Source of the DNA: Sporopachydermia quercuum
Lineage: Eukaryota
Reading direction: 5' to 3'
DNA: 64,000 nucleotides
NCBI GenBank assembly: GCA_001599295.1
Contig: BCGN01000003.1
Location: forward strand, 1,612,001 to 1,676,000
A program made the translations under genes and the position numbers. This document shows positions 1-11,969 of the stretch, in pieces; position 1 is the first letter of the stretch, and every line of letters starts with the position of its first letter. The notes below the pieces were generated by a model that saw only the letters and a program-made list of their open reading frames with translations, searched no databases and was not told the DNA's origin.

Positions 1-588
1 TCATTGGGCTCATTAGGAATTCGTCGTCCTGGGGTAGATTTCAATCAAGATAGTAGGGCTGAAAGTCGGACAAACAGTAATGGAATNAGCAAACATGAGG
101 AACCGTTTGATGAAACTGATTATAATTATGAATATGAGAAGTCTGCTAGGAATGGCAATTATAAAAATAGTAGTAGCAATGTTAATACTGTTATTAAAGA
201 AGANTACACTTATGGTGAGAATATCTATGATGATTATGACAACTACAACTATAATAACAATAATCAATCATATGATCAGTTTAATCCATTGAAATTGAAT
301 CGTCCGCCTTCGCAAAGCTATTCAATTGGCTCTTCTATGGTCCCGAGCTCTGATATGGGCTCAGTTACTTCAATGTCCTTCTCAACATCAGGAAGACTGT
401 TATTTGTTAACTATAAAGATACTGGAACCTTTGTATGGGACACTTTAAAAGGTGAGATTGCTACTAAATTGAAAGGTCCTCCTGGGTCNTTNGACTTGGT
501 TACTTGTAGTCCAAATGGTATGGCTATTGCTTCTACACACAATGACTCTGATATAAAGATATGGACACCACCGCCAGGAGTTGAATAA
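1..588 (+). CDS. STE4: Heterotrimeric G-protein beta subunit, 3' part (5' truncated by window edge)
   Basis: C-terminal WD40 repeats SMSFSTSGRLLF...VWDTLKGEIATKL...SPNGMAI...IKIW match the fungal G-beta C-terminus; frame is open to position 1; neighbours TAF14/AIM41 fit recalled S. cerevisiae STE4-SAS5-AIM41 order. Confidence 0.85.
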   Translation, partial: SLGSLGIRRPGVDFNQDSRAESRTNSNGXSKHEEPFDETDYNYEYEKSARNGNYKNSSSNVNTVIKEXYTYGENIYDDYDNYNYNNNNQSYDQFNPLKLNRPPSQSYSIGSSMVPSSDMGSVTSMSFSTSGRLLFVNYKDTGTFVWDTLKGEIATKLKGPPGXXDLVTCSPNGMAIASTHNDSDIKIWTPPPGVE

Positions 589-1876
589 GGTGAGTAGGCA
601 ATGCTAAGGAAATAAGAAGCTGAAACAAGGGTTATTAGAAAATCTGGAAGAAGCTTTAGGAGAATTGATAGGTATACAAATAGGAAGATTAGTAGGAAAG
701 TAAGAAGAAAGTATGCAGAAAGGAACATTAGTATGAGAAGTTGTATACATTTGATAGAGATATTACTCTCAATATTCTAGAATCCAATGAGCAAACAAAT
801 AAATGAATCAATAAATGAATCAATATCAGTCGATATTTAGCAAATATCAGTTGAATCATTAAATCACACTAGTACCGGAGAATCAAATAACTAGCTCTTC
901 TTAGTATTTTCACGAGCTTCAAAAACAAGAGAAATATCAATTTTGTTAGTTTCTAAAAGATCGTAGTATTAATTTAAATCCAGCAAGAGATCTACCATCA
1001 GCTAACTAACTTGATTCATCATNGGCAATATCAGTTATGTCATTAGATAACTGACGGAATATTGCAGATGGCGATTATATTATTTTCATTATTGTTAAAA
1101 CAAATACTACTTGTGAAGAGGTTCATATATATTGATCAATAGCTTGGCGATCATATCACAGGTATCTAGTGAGGAAATGTTTAGTATGAAACATTTATTT
1201 ATCTTAATAGTATTCTAGTAGCTAATAATAACTCAACCACATTGGAGAGTCTAATTACAAGAACATTAAATAAAGAGTACTAGTGATTGTAACAGCGAGG
1301 CCTATCGTTTTATTCTTAATTTCTTTTTTGAAAGATATCTACTGATAACTAGACAGATGGATGAAATTTATAAGGCAGGAGANAATTATATAAATTAAAA
1401 GATTAAGAAAACTGATCTGAGTCAATATTGTTTTAAATGGTTAATTTCTTAGAATATGGTGATATAATTTTCTAATCAGCTAAAGCAACGTCTAATTCTT
1501 AGCATGACAGAGAAAGTGTAATTGACTGATTGATTATTTGTCGATTGAATAGTGAATTTATGAGAAACTGTTAGTAATGGCTATAATCTTATCATTCTTT
1601 CGCAATAATCTCAATACGTTCGATCGGTCGTAAGCAACCAGAGTTGAATAAATCCTTTTTATTATTTCAAACATCAACTATCACAGTAATACTACATATA
1701 CAACTAATTTCTTCCCGTTGCCTTCAACCAATAAATTTTAAAAGCACACTTTAATCTAACCGACACTTCATTCATTTATTCCAAAAGCATTCGGTATATT
1801 GCTAACACGTGGCTATTCTTCTCTTCGAACTATCATTGGCACTGTCTCTTCATAGTTTACTTTTTCATTCATGTCT

Positions 1877-2699
1877 TTATTTCGCTCGTTTGCTCACATA
1901 ATCCCATAAACTTCTCAAAAGGCCATCAGGAAGTGTAAGCAAATCCATATGGAACTCTCCTTCTTCAATATCATTTTTGATATTCATCTCAGGTGTTTTA
2001 TTATCAGTAACCATTTGTACAACTCCTAATAAGTCATCTTCTGGTAATTTGGTCAACCCTTCTGCTAACTTCTCTATATCAACAGACCCCTTAATTGTAG
2101 CTCCTGAAGACTTTGACTTCTTTTTAGAAATACCACCAATTGAATCTTCAAGCTTTCTTTTATCATTTGGTGGTGTATCATCTTTTTTCTTCTTTTTCAG
2201 TTCATCGGCGCCAGGAACAGGACCTGATTCGGCTAGTAGCTTAAGTAAATTTGGCTTATTTGTAGGAACATTGATAGTGTGAATAACTTCATACTTTTCT
2301 TTAGCAAAATTCAAATCGTGAGCAATTTTTCGATCACCACCTTTCTCTGCTAAATGTAAAATAATCTGCATATCGAACTCACCCCAACCAGTTTCTGAAA
2401 TCTCAAAAGGTGGTTTCTTTAATGTTCTGATATGATTGGCAAAAGTTGGATGTAGTTGATAAGTTACGCTGTCAAATATTTTTGCAGGTAGATCCTCTCC
2501 GTTTTCTCCTACTAATGTTATATACATTTTCCAGTCTCTGAAAGGTAAGTTACCTTCAGCAGGAGGTTTACTACTGTTGATCTTCTGGATCGTTGTCACT
2601 TTGACTTTTCTTTGAACCTAAGAGAAATTGTTAGTAAATGCTGCCGTTGAAGGAAATATATATTTAAGAATATCNTGATGCAATACATACGTCCGACAT
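1877..2699 (-). CDS. TAF14: YEATS-domain TFIID/TFIIF/SWI-SNF subunit Taf14, 249 aa, 2 exons (2691-2699, 1877-2617)
   Basis: YEATS motifs YQLHPTF, PPFEISETGWGEF and C-terminal ET domain. Intron 2618-2690: GTATGT donor, TACTAAC 2630-2636, TAG acceptor; splicing gives MSD|VQRKVKV in frame. Confidence 0.95.
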
Positions 2700-3353
2700 G
2701 ATGTTTGAAGCTATTGTAAGAATTCAAGTTATATATGAGTAAAGTGCTATGCTTAAGTTACAACAGGTACGATTCAATAATATAGTTCGCGTTCTGACTG
2801 GTAGATTCTGTTGAATTCTCTCAACAAAAAATTCAACGACGCCTTTGATTGAATACAGCTAAATAATCGATTGAATATCAGTCGGAAGTCTTCTCATATA
2901 TATACGATTGAAAGTGTAAACAGTTAATACATGCTTCAATTGTGATAGAGGTGAAGCAAAATATCATGAAAGAATGTGAGCTTTTTGACAGTGGAATCTA
3001 ACAATGGATTTAGGGTTTTGTGAATTGTATGCGAGATGATGCGGGGAGACATTATGTCAATTTAAAGTTTTCTGTAATTTGTAGTTTGTAGTTTGTGCTC
3101 AAGAAGAAGAAAGAAACACAAAAAGCTATTTATATGAGTCATGTCTTAGAACCAACGTTCAATGTCGTAAAAGTGCTATCATGTTGTTGGTGTACATCAG
3201 AAGTGAGAATATGATAGCTGTGAAGAGCAGTTGATGTAGATTTGGATGAGAGAGTGTCCGAGTATAGTGGAGAATATCATGATGTTAAATAGTGATCCAA
3301 GGTGCGTTTCTTCCATCTATCTGAATTCTTCGTACAGTCTCAATTGATGGTAT

Positions 3354-3689
3354 TTATTGTAAGTGTCGACCAGAAATCATTAAAGACACTGCAATGCATA
3401 TCAATAGAAAAACCATTGTCGTAACTGATATCATCATTTGGACTCCAGCTCCAGATTCCTCTCTTCCAAACTGATAGAAGTGATGATCCTCTGAATCAAA
3501 GTCTGAAGAGAGTAGGTCGCTAGCTATAGATGCGTGCACTGTCTGGTATGGTTCAATCGGGGGGGCAGCATAGCTGACTGAAGCTGATCTTTTTGTATCA
3601 AATATTTTCGATTGTAAACAACCAGATAGCCCCTCCGTCAAGCAAGTTACCGTTGTTATTGCTTGTTGTAAACCTTCTGAATCAACCAT
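3354..3689 (-). CDS. Hypothetical 111-aa protein with C-terminal hydrophobic segment
   Basis: ATG-initiated ORF filling the TAF14-AIM41 gap; ends in one hydrophobic helix (MMISVTTMVFLLICIAVSLMIS); no family recognised. Confidence 0.5.
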   Translation of the reverse strand: MVDSEGLQQAITTVTCLTEGLSGCLQSKIFDTKRSASVSYAAPPIEPYQTVHASIASDLLSSDFDSEDHHFYQFGREESGAGVQMMISVTTMVFLLICIAVSLMISGRHLQ

Positions 3690-3975
3690 TGTCGCTGTTT
3701 TATATGGTAAGAATGTCGAAAATTATATTGACCACATTTATCCTAGTTCTACCCCCAATAGAAAATATGTGCCTTTTATGGCAAAGGTTTCAATATAGCA
3801 AACTATTAGCATTTCCTAGCGATTCTATCAATTAGTCTTCTCATCATTTATCCAACTACAACATGTACCAATATACAATGTCTTTTACTGATAAATACAT
3901 CATCATTTTTCTAATACTCATTTATTTACAAGATATACACAATAACAAATATGTTCTTTGTAACATTTCATTCCC

Positions 3976-4626
3976 TTATTTCTTTTGTAATAATTTTGAC
4001 AATCTATCACGAAGGATATCAGATGAAGTTTTGAACTCCTCAGGAGCATTGCGGAAGTTAATAGCTTTGAACAAGTGCTTAGGTTCTAACTTGTCACCAA
4101 TTTCTTTCTTCTTTTCATCAATAATAGCTCGAAGCTTAGTATCGATTTCTTCTGTAGAGGCCACTGGAAGTTGCTCGATATACTCATTGAGGATGTTCAA
4201 CTCTTTTGTTTCCTTTTCGATCAAGTCCTCTCTTCCGCTGTACAATTCAATCGAATTACGTCTTTGATTAGTTAAATCATAGAGAATATCATACATGAGA
4301 AATTCGTCTTCTTTCACACCTTGCTTTAGATCAATTTCCTTATTTTTGATAGCAGCAATGAAACCTCTGATTGTGTCTTTTCTATAATTCATATTCGTTA
4401 GTATGTCGTTTCAGAAGAAACAGACACTTAACAACAGAATGTGAAGTAGTAGCACATACCTGGGGCCATCTTTGGCAATCATTGCTTTCTTTAAGTCGGT
4501 CTTCAGTTGATTCTTGAGGTCTTGATAGACTGAAGAAACTGCGGATTGATATCTAATACCAACTTGTCTGATCATTCCAACGGGCTGTCTAACAGCCATG
4601 GAACGGAACAAAGTAAAGCTGCTCAT
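3976..4626 (-). CDS. AIM41: Mitochondrial Yqey/GatB-like protein Aim41, 190 aa, 2 exons (4460-4626, 3976-4381)
   Basis: Arg/Ser-rich presequence, LKTDLKKAMIAKD..R|KDTIR...IKNKEID and GREDLIEKE Yqey motifs. Intron 4382-4459 (GTATGT, TACTAAC 4397-4403, TAG) joins two track ORFs in frame. Confidence 0.9.
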
Positions 4627-5052
4627 TGTGGCTACTATTTTTCTTATCAACCGGATTCAAAACTGGAGATACATGCGTTATAAGAGAATCCTCGGACCTT
4701 ATATCTTTTGTTAAAGTGTCTGCTACAGAAGTATTACATTATAATAACTATTCATCTGTTCCTCTAGCACTTGGTCAGAACCAATCGACAAAAGGTTGAT
4801 CAATAGTAAACTAGGAAGGTTTCATTGCTACCCAATATGGGACTTACTTTCATCACGTGATTTTAAACAGGATCTATTCAAGTACAAAATGACAAGAGGT
4901 TCAAAGATTGAATAACTTTGTTGTTCATTTAAACATTTATTTGGTTTATTTTAGAGCAAAAAATAACGATATAAAACATGGCGTAACGTTGCGAACCTTA
5001 TAATTTAGTCCTAGTCCAACCATAGTTCAATTAGGTAACGAACACTAGAGGT

Positions 5053-6180
5053 TCATGCTTCATAAATAACTATACGACCATCTAACCCACTACTAGAAAA
5101 CTTAGAGACTCCAGACGAGTTGTATTCAAAAGGTCTGATAGAAGTGATGGTGTTTTGATGGATTGTTGGTAAAACAGTACCAAATGACGAATCATTATTG
5201 CTTTGAACATTTCCCTTAAGATCCAATTGCTTGAACATGTTCAAGGCGGTTGTCTCAACTTCTTCCGATTGATTTTTCTTTTTTCCTTCAGGATCGTCAA
5301 TTGACTTGGTAAATTCCCATCCTGATTCATTACCAGAAAACACAACAGGATGACAATCATGTCCAGCTGCAATGATGGTGTTTTCATTCTTCCATAACAA
5401 AGATCTGAAGGGAAGGAAAGATGTAACAACAGAGATAACAGCTTTAGGAGCTTCACCAGCGCCTGAAGGGTAAACAATAGTAACACTGGAATCATGCGCA
5501 GTAAAAGCGAGTAAATCTCCCGAAGGTGAGAAATCAACGTCATGAATCCAACCACCAGTGTTATTCATGAAATCACCACACAATGTTTGGAAAGGAAGTC
5601 TTTCACCCCAAGCAGTTGGTGGAGGCTTTTCATCAACACCTTTGACGAAGCCTGAAAATACTCTAGCATGACCGTCGGTAGAGCCAGAAGCCAATAAAAC
5701 ACCGTTAGGGTGCCACTTAACAGTCAAAATAGTAGACTTGATTGGCTTCTTGATGTGTTTGGAAACCCACCAGTCATTTTCTTCTTCAAAGTAACAGACT
5801 GCAATAGCACGAGCTCCAGAACCGACAGCAAATTTCTTTCCATCGGGTGACCAGCGGACAAAAGTTGCGGCTCTGTTGATCCTCAAAAGAACCAATGTAG
5901 GTTTCCACTCTCCTTTATCATCCAAATCCCAAACAAGAGCATTTCTATCTTGAGAACAAGTCACAATCTTGCCTTCGGGAGAAATGTCAACAGAAGTAAC
6001 TTTCTTATCATGTCCTGTCAAACTTTGGCTGGGGGTAAATTTCAATCCTTTGCCGGCTTTACTAGTCAAGAAGATATCAACATTAGTGTCCCTTGTAACA
6101 GTCAACAGGCTGCGGTTTTCATCTTGCGAAAACGAGTGTCCAGCAATGGAAATATGACCTAAATGATGGACTTCTGGCAT
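5053..6180 (-). CDS. ARC40: Arp2/3 complex subunit ARPC1 (WD40)
   Basis: IVTCSQDRNALVW, WKPTLVLLRINRAAT, ENDWWVSKHIKKP, WGERLPF motifs. Confidence 0.97.
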   Translation of the reverse strand: MPEVHHLGHISIAGHSFSQDENRSLLTVTRDTNVDIFLTSKAGKGLKFTPSQSLTGHDKKVTSVDISPEGKIVTCSQDRNALVWDLDDKGEWKPTLVLLRINRAATFVRWSPDGKKFAVGSGARAIAVCYFEEENDWWVSKHIKKPIKSTILTVKWHPNGVLLASGSTDGHARVFSGFVKGVDEKPPPTAWGERLPFQTLCGDFMNNTGGWIHDVDFSPSGDLLAFTAHDSSVTIVYPSGAGEAPKAVISVVTSFLPFRSLLWKNENTIIAAGHDCHPVVFSGNESGWEFTKSIDDPEGKKKNQSEEVETTALNMFKQLDLKGNVQSNNDSSFGTVLPTIHQNTITSIRPFEYNSSGVSKFSSSGLDGRIVIYEA

Positions 6181-7031
6181 GGTTATAACTACAGATTTAT
6201 CTAATTTTTAATAGCCGGTCGATTATCTAAACCACCAGCTGGCTAATGATGATCAATCAATCAATCAATCGCAACGCAATGTGTTCTCAAACAGGAGCCC
6301 TCTCTACTGTCTGATTCAATCGTATATACTTTCAGTATATATTGAGAGTATTCCGCAATATCTCGACAAAAGTGTACTCAGGTTTGTCAATTAGCATTCT
6401 TTCAAGCATACTTTTAACACTTCCTTAGTCAATTGATAAGGATAAGAATAGTACATAGTCGGATTCCTGTGCAGTGTCACCCTGAAGTGAGATGATGGGG
6501 GGTGTCTGGCTACACTTTTGGTTTCTCTTTCTTTGATAGTGATGCTGTTTACGCTAAAACCTTTCTTCAAGTATTCTTCAGTACACTCTATGAATTTCCT
6601 TGAGTTATCACTTTACATCTCACTCCCTTCTTGTGATGATGACCCTTTCACCAAAAGGAAGGTACAAACCATTGCTACTTCGGGACAGATGCAGGATTAA
6701 TGCAGTAAATACGCATATTTTGCATATGCTTGCTAGTAAAATAAAGAAAGTTTTTTCATTTGTATGGGGATGGATGCCCATTCACTGCCGGTATGGATAG
6801 AAAGTTAGCTACTAAATAAAAGGATAAATGGAGAAAAGGAAAGTTTGAAATAATATCCAAAAAGATAAATGGTGAGATTGATTTCAATGATCAACATTGT
6901 TTGATTCTATTTGCATTCAATTGATAGCAGTGCTAATTGAAACTAACTCAAACGACTATTGAACTAGTTGTACTGAATTATACTATACATTCTTGATATA
7001 TACATACATATAACCATTGATAACAAGCAAA

Positions 7032-8480
7032 ATGTCAGCATATGATAAATACGCTACCCCATTATCCTCAAGATATGCGTCTGAGGAGATGGCTAAGCTT
7101 TTTTCATTGAAAACAAGATATGCTACTTGGAGAAAGCTTTGGTATAATTTAGCTATTGCTGAAAAGGAATTGGGAATTACTGCTATTACCGATGAAGCTA
7201 TTGAGCAATTGAAAGCTCATTTAGATATCACCGATGAAGAGATTGATGCTGCCACTAAGCAAGAAGCAATTGTTCGTCACGATGTCATGTCCCACGTTCA
7301 CGTATACGGTCAAGTCGCACCTGCAGCAGCTGGTATCATTCATTTAGGTGCTACATCTTGTTTTGTCACTGATAATGCTGATTTAATTTTCCTCAGAGAT
7401 GCTTTTGACATTCTCATTCCTAAGCTTGTTAATGTCATCGATAGATTAAGTGATTTCGCTCTTAAGTACAAAGATATGCCAGTTCTGGGATGGACCCATT
7501 TCCAACCTGCTCAATTGACCACTGTTGGCAAGCGGGCTACTCTTTGGATTCAAGAATTATTATGGGATTTAAGAAACTTACAAAGAGCAAGAAGTGACCT
7601 TGGCTTAAGAGGTGTTAAAGGTACCACTGGTACCCAAGCTTCTTTTTTAGCTTTGTTTCATGGTGATCATGACAAGGTCGAAGCTTTGGATCAAAGAGTT
7701 GTTGAGTTATTAGGATTTGATTATGCTTATCCTTGCACAGGTCAAACCTACTCCAGAAAGATCGATGTTGACTGTTTGGCACCTTTAGCTTCCTTAGGAA
7801 CTAGTGCTCATAAGTTTGCTACTGACATTAGATTATTAGCAAACTTGAAGGAAATTGAAGAACCTTTCGAAAAGAACCAAATTGGTTCTTCTGCTATGGC
7901 TTACAAGAGAAACCCTATGAGATCTGAAAGAGTCTGTTCTTTATCCCGTCATTTGGGTGGTTTATTCCAAGATGCTGTCAACACGGCATCTGTTCAATGG
8001 TTCGAAAGAACCCTTGATGACTCTGCCATTAGAAGAGTCTCATTACCTTCAGCATTCTTGACTGCTGACATTGTTTTGACTACTCTACTCAATATCACTT
8101 CTGGACTAGTCGTTTATCCTAAGGTTATTGAAAGAAGAATTAAGTCTGAACTTCCATTCATGGCCACTGAAAATATCATCATGGCTATGGTTGAGAAGGG
8201 TGGTGATAGACAAGAATGTCACGAAAAGATCAGAGTTTTATCTCATCAAGCAGCAGCTGTTGTCAAGGAAGAAGGTGGTGATAATGATTTGATTGAACGT
8301 GTCAAGAAAGATGATTACTTCAAGCCTATCTGGGGTGATTTAGATGTTTTGCTTGATCCTTCTACTTTTGTTGGAAGAGCCCCTCAACAAGCTGAAAAAT
8401 TCGTCAAGGTTACTGTTGCTGATGCTTTGAAAGATTTTACTCAATATGTCACTAAGGAACAAGTTCAACTGAATGTGTAA
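7032..8480 (+). CDS. ADE13: Adenylosuccinate lyase, 482 aa
   Basis: [14 protein letters not shown]-terminus, [11 protein letters not shown] signature; first ATG at 7032. Confidence 0.98.
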   Translation: MSAYDKYATPLSSRYASEEMAKLFSLKTRYATWRKLWYNLAIAEKELGITAITDEAIEQLKAHLDITDEEIDAATKQEAIVRHDVMSHVHVYGQVAPAAAGIIHLGATSCFVTDNADLIFLRDAFDILIPKLVNVIDRLSDFALKYKDMPVLGWTHFQPAQLTTVGKRATLWIQELLWDLRNLQRARSDLGLRGVKGTTGTQASFLALFHGDHDKVEALDQRVVELLGFDYAYPCTGQTYSRKIDVDCLAPLASLGTSAHKFATDIRLLANLKEIEEPFEKNQIGSSAMAYKRNPMRSERVCSLSRHLGGLFQDAVNTASVQWFERTLDDSAIRRVSLPSAFLTADIVLTTLLNITSGLVVYPKVIERRIKSELPFMATENIIMAMVEKGGDRQECHEKIRVLSHQAAAVVKEEGGDNDLIERVKKDDYFKPIWGDLDVLLDPSTFVGRAPQQAEKFVKVTVADALKDFTQYVTKEQVQLNV

Positions 8481-9754
8481 GGTTCGGGGCATCTCTCTCA
8501 TAGCTATATTGTGAAAAAAAATCTATACGTCTTACAAACACATATCCAATTATTCTTCAAATTCATTAAACGTACATTGATATACGATTTCTTATACATA
8601 ACATAGTCTGTANTAAACAGTTTCGTAGGGACATTTAGATGCAAGAAGTAATACACCAGTTCAATGAGCTAAAAACTACGAGCTTCATATTTGTATGTGG
8701 TGATCCTATAATAAGCTCTGTTAATACATATCTCATTTGAAATGAAGGTACATTAGCTCTATTTTTAGTTGATCTCAAATCATTTCAATCATCACTATCA
8801 ATATCCATTTTGTTTCTCAGTGTTTTTGAACCTCATTCCGATCATGCTCACTACTGTGAGTCATACGGCACTTCCTATATAAAAAACTTAGGTTTGAACT
8901 CATCATAACAAAAAGATAATTAACAATAATGGTTAAGAGAAAGAAATCAATACATTGAAAACTTATGATGACTTTGACCAAACAACATTCCAACATACGA
9001 ATTGACAGTGTCAGGTACACTCACCTGAGTAGACAATGAATATCCAATCAAGTGTTTACCCCACGTTCTGAAATGCAACTGAGAATCAGTCGGCTCAATA
9101 ATAACCTGGTGCATCAAAAAGAATTTAGAAAACAAGAAAGAAAGTGGTAAGAGACAAGGTGTAGAAGAAAAATGGAAGGAAAAGAGAAACAAAAAAAACG
9201 GGATGAAAAAAATTCCTTCGCATTCTTGCTACATGTGAACCAAAGAAAAAGTGCAAAATTCTACAGTGTTTTGCATAATTTGTGTGGTAAATACTAATAT
9301 ATTTCTGCAATGTTCTGCATGTTCCATGCGCCATTATCACCATTGAATCATCATGTTTCTACATAAAGTTCTAGCCCCTTCGTAATTTTGATGCAAAGAA
9401 GAAAACTCAATTACTCTTTTAGTATTTACATGTGATTAGATTTGGCGAAGCTCATGCATTTCTTCGGTAATAATAAATTACTAATCTCCAACTTTATTCG
9501 TTACGGGATTACTTATGAGCTCAACTATTACTTCACACACTTAAGAGATACAACATCTGTGTTTATCTATCCTTTGATGTTTTCTCCTGATGATCAACGC
9601 TAATCTGAGTGTTTAGAGAATCGTATGAGTAGTATATAGCCAGCTAGTCTAATTTATCGACTATCGGAGATAATTGGAGTTAAATAAAAAGTAGAACTGG
9701 TGTCAATTGAAACACCCACACAGTTTCACACTGTTGGTAGACAAGTATTAACAA

Positions 9755-10987
9755 ATGGCGTCAGAAGTAACAGAGAAATCTCCTTTACTGGATAATAAGG
9801 AAAATCAGGGAAGTCCTGAAACTCTCAATCCGATTTCAGTAGATTTACCAGGAAAATCCGCCGAAAAGGTAGCAGAGAATGCACCAAAGGTACCTGAAAA
9901 GAAGGAGCAAACTGTTGAAACAGTGAAAGAAAAACCGGTCACTAATGGTAACAATGAAGCCCCATCAAGTACAAAAGGTAAAAAGAGAAGAAAGGTGAAG
10001 AAGCATTCGAAACCGAAAAGCAAAAAATTCATCTGGCTAACAGGACAATTAATTATCTTGAGCGTTGGGTTGTTGTTCTTCGCTTATGGTGTAAGTCGGC
10101 GCTTGAAGTTTAAGAAAACGAATCTTTTTGAAGACATATTATACCGGATAACCTCAGCAGCTTCGGTATTTGTATTTGGATTATCAGCATTTAATCAAAT
10201 TGGTGGTCAATCTGCGCTAAGTTCAATTGGTGCTAAATCAACCAATAGGGTGATTTTACCTTCTTTTACCGTTTTACTGACCATCGAATCCTTCAGGTTC
10301 TTCATTCTATCACTAATTTGGTTGGTTACTAAACCTGTTGTGTTGAAAATAGCACCTTTTATTATCTACTCTGGCTTACAAGTTTCTAATTTCATGCTCG
10401 AAGATTTGTTCAAGGACAAGACATCTTCTCCAGTTTATGTCTATTGTAACAAATTTCTTGATCAAGAAGTTGCCTTGATTGGAATAGCCTCTGCTTTTGA
10501 CTTGCTACTGTTTTTCAGACTATTAATTGAAACAATTACTTTACGAGGATTATCAGGNTACGTGTTGATTTTATTTGGACTCTTCTGTCGTATGAGAATT
10601 TTATATTCTCCAGGCTTACAATTGCTGGCTGAAAGGGCCTTTGTTCAGTTAGATAAATTGATATTGAAAGCCCCAGAAAAAGTTCAAACTGTATACAATC
10701 AATTGAAAAACATTTTGATTCAACCTGATCGAGATGCAATAGAAAATGATGCAGATAAGCAACCTGCAGTCGGGCGATTGCCAACTGATCCTGCTAAGAT
10801 TTCTTCATCAGAGAAGGACTCAAAAGGTTCGGTATCCGGTTCTACGGGTAATAGTTCTCGAAAGAGTTCTGTCTCTAAGAAGTCAGGAACTTCCAAAGTT
10901 AAATCAGGAACATCTAAAGTTACAACTAATGAGTCGACAAAACCGGCTGAGGTAAATGATAGTCAACAAACTTCTGGTTTCGAGTAG
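9755..10987 (+). CDS. Pom33/Per33 (TMEM33) family ER/nuclear-pore membrane protein
   Basis: Multi-TM core with ESFRFFILSLIWL..KP..LKIAPFIIYS and LFCRMR..YS resembling TMEM33 motifs; long charged low-complexity termini. Confidence 0.65.
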   Translation: MASEVTEKSPLLDNKENQGSPETLNPISVDLPGKSAEKVAENAPKVPEKKEQTVETVKEKPVTNGNNEAPSSTKGKKRRKVKKHSKPKSKKFIWLTGQLIILSVGLLFFAYGVSRRLKFKKTNLFEDILYRITSAASVFVFGLSAFNQIGGQSALSSIGAKSTNRVILPSFTVLLTIESFRFFILSLIWLVTKPVVLKIAPFIIYSGLQVSNFMLEDLFKDKTSSPVYVYCNKFLDQEVALIGIASAFDLLLFFRLLIETITLRGLSXYVLILFGLFCRMRILYSPGLQLLAERAFVQLDKLILKAPEKVQTVYNQLKNILIQPDRDAIENDADKQPAVGRLPTDPAKISSSEKDSKGSVSGSTGNSSRKSSVSKKSGTSKVKSGTSKVTTNESTKPAEVNDSQQTSGFE

Positions 10988-11969
10988 TTTTCTTAAACTA
11001 CTCACCTGTGGACTGGTTGGACAATAGCGGTAATCGGTAATCGGTAATAGTTGTTATGTAGAAAGAGTTATTGATTGAGACTGATGGAAACCCTGTTAAT
11101 TATTCTATTGTTCATAAACGACTGTAGTAAACAATAATGAGAGGCAAGTTTCACAATCTGTCTTCCAAGACAAATTGTATGAATATAAGACGACGTGAAT
11201 TGGATTTAACTTAGAATTTACTTTTATTTATGCCTTTGTATTAGTTGCTTGATTATTTAACTATTCTGTTTCCTTCAGCTGACATCAGTATAACGTTTGT
11301 TTACGTCGAAGCTCAATAAAGCTTTTATTAACTACCATTTACTTGTACGTTCAAACAAGTAAATGGTAGGTATGAGCAGTAACATTTCTATAAAGCAACC
11401 ATAGTGTGCTTCACTACAAACGAACTGCTTCTATAGTTTTGACTGGCCTATAGACTAACCCAATTGATTCCAGCGTGTTTTTAATTTGTATAAATTTATA
11501 AGCATATCATAATAACATGATAAAATGATAACAATGTTTACTAGAATAATTCAATGAAAGGTAGATCCCCCTGTTACGATCTTCATATGTTCACGTAATC
11601 TAGTATTAGCTTGCATTGGTTCAATCTCTAGAATAACACCCTAAACAATAAGACGCGTTTCTTTCATTCCTCTGATGACAATCAGATCCAATCTGAGCAT
11701 ATTTTATTTTTAAGACAACTTGGATGTATAGATATACTATTGATGGGTAGTGCTTTTCAATACTTCTTGGTTGTTTACTTTTTGAATGCATTTCTCTCAC
11801 TCTCGTTTTTTTTTCGAATCATTATTTCGTTTCTCTTATATTTAATAGATATACCGTAGTTGTTTATCTGTCAATCTCTCTATCTATTGCCCTGTTTACA
11901 ATTGAGTAACCAGGCTGTTTTCTTACCTCAAGGTACTTGTTTTGCCAGAACTTTGATTTTTGTTTCAAG

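Noticed and set aside
6246..6314. ATGATGA...CTGA upstream of ARC40
   Set aside because: Interior is an (ATCA)n microsatellite with no recognisable guide.
8817..8906. Minus-strand ATGATGA...CTGA with short terminal stem as a C/D snoRNA
   Set aside because: No rRNA/snRNA-complementary guide recognised; the plus strand looks promoter-like (TGAGTCAT, TATATAAA).
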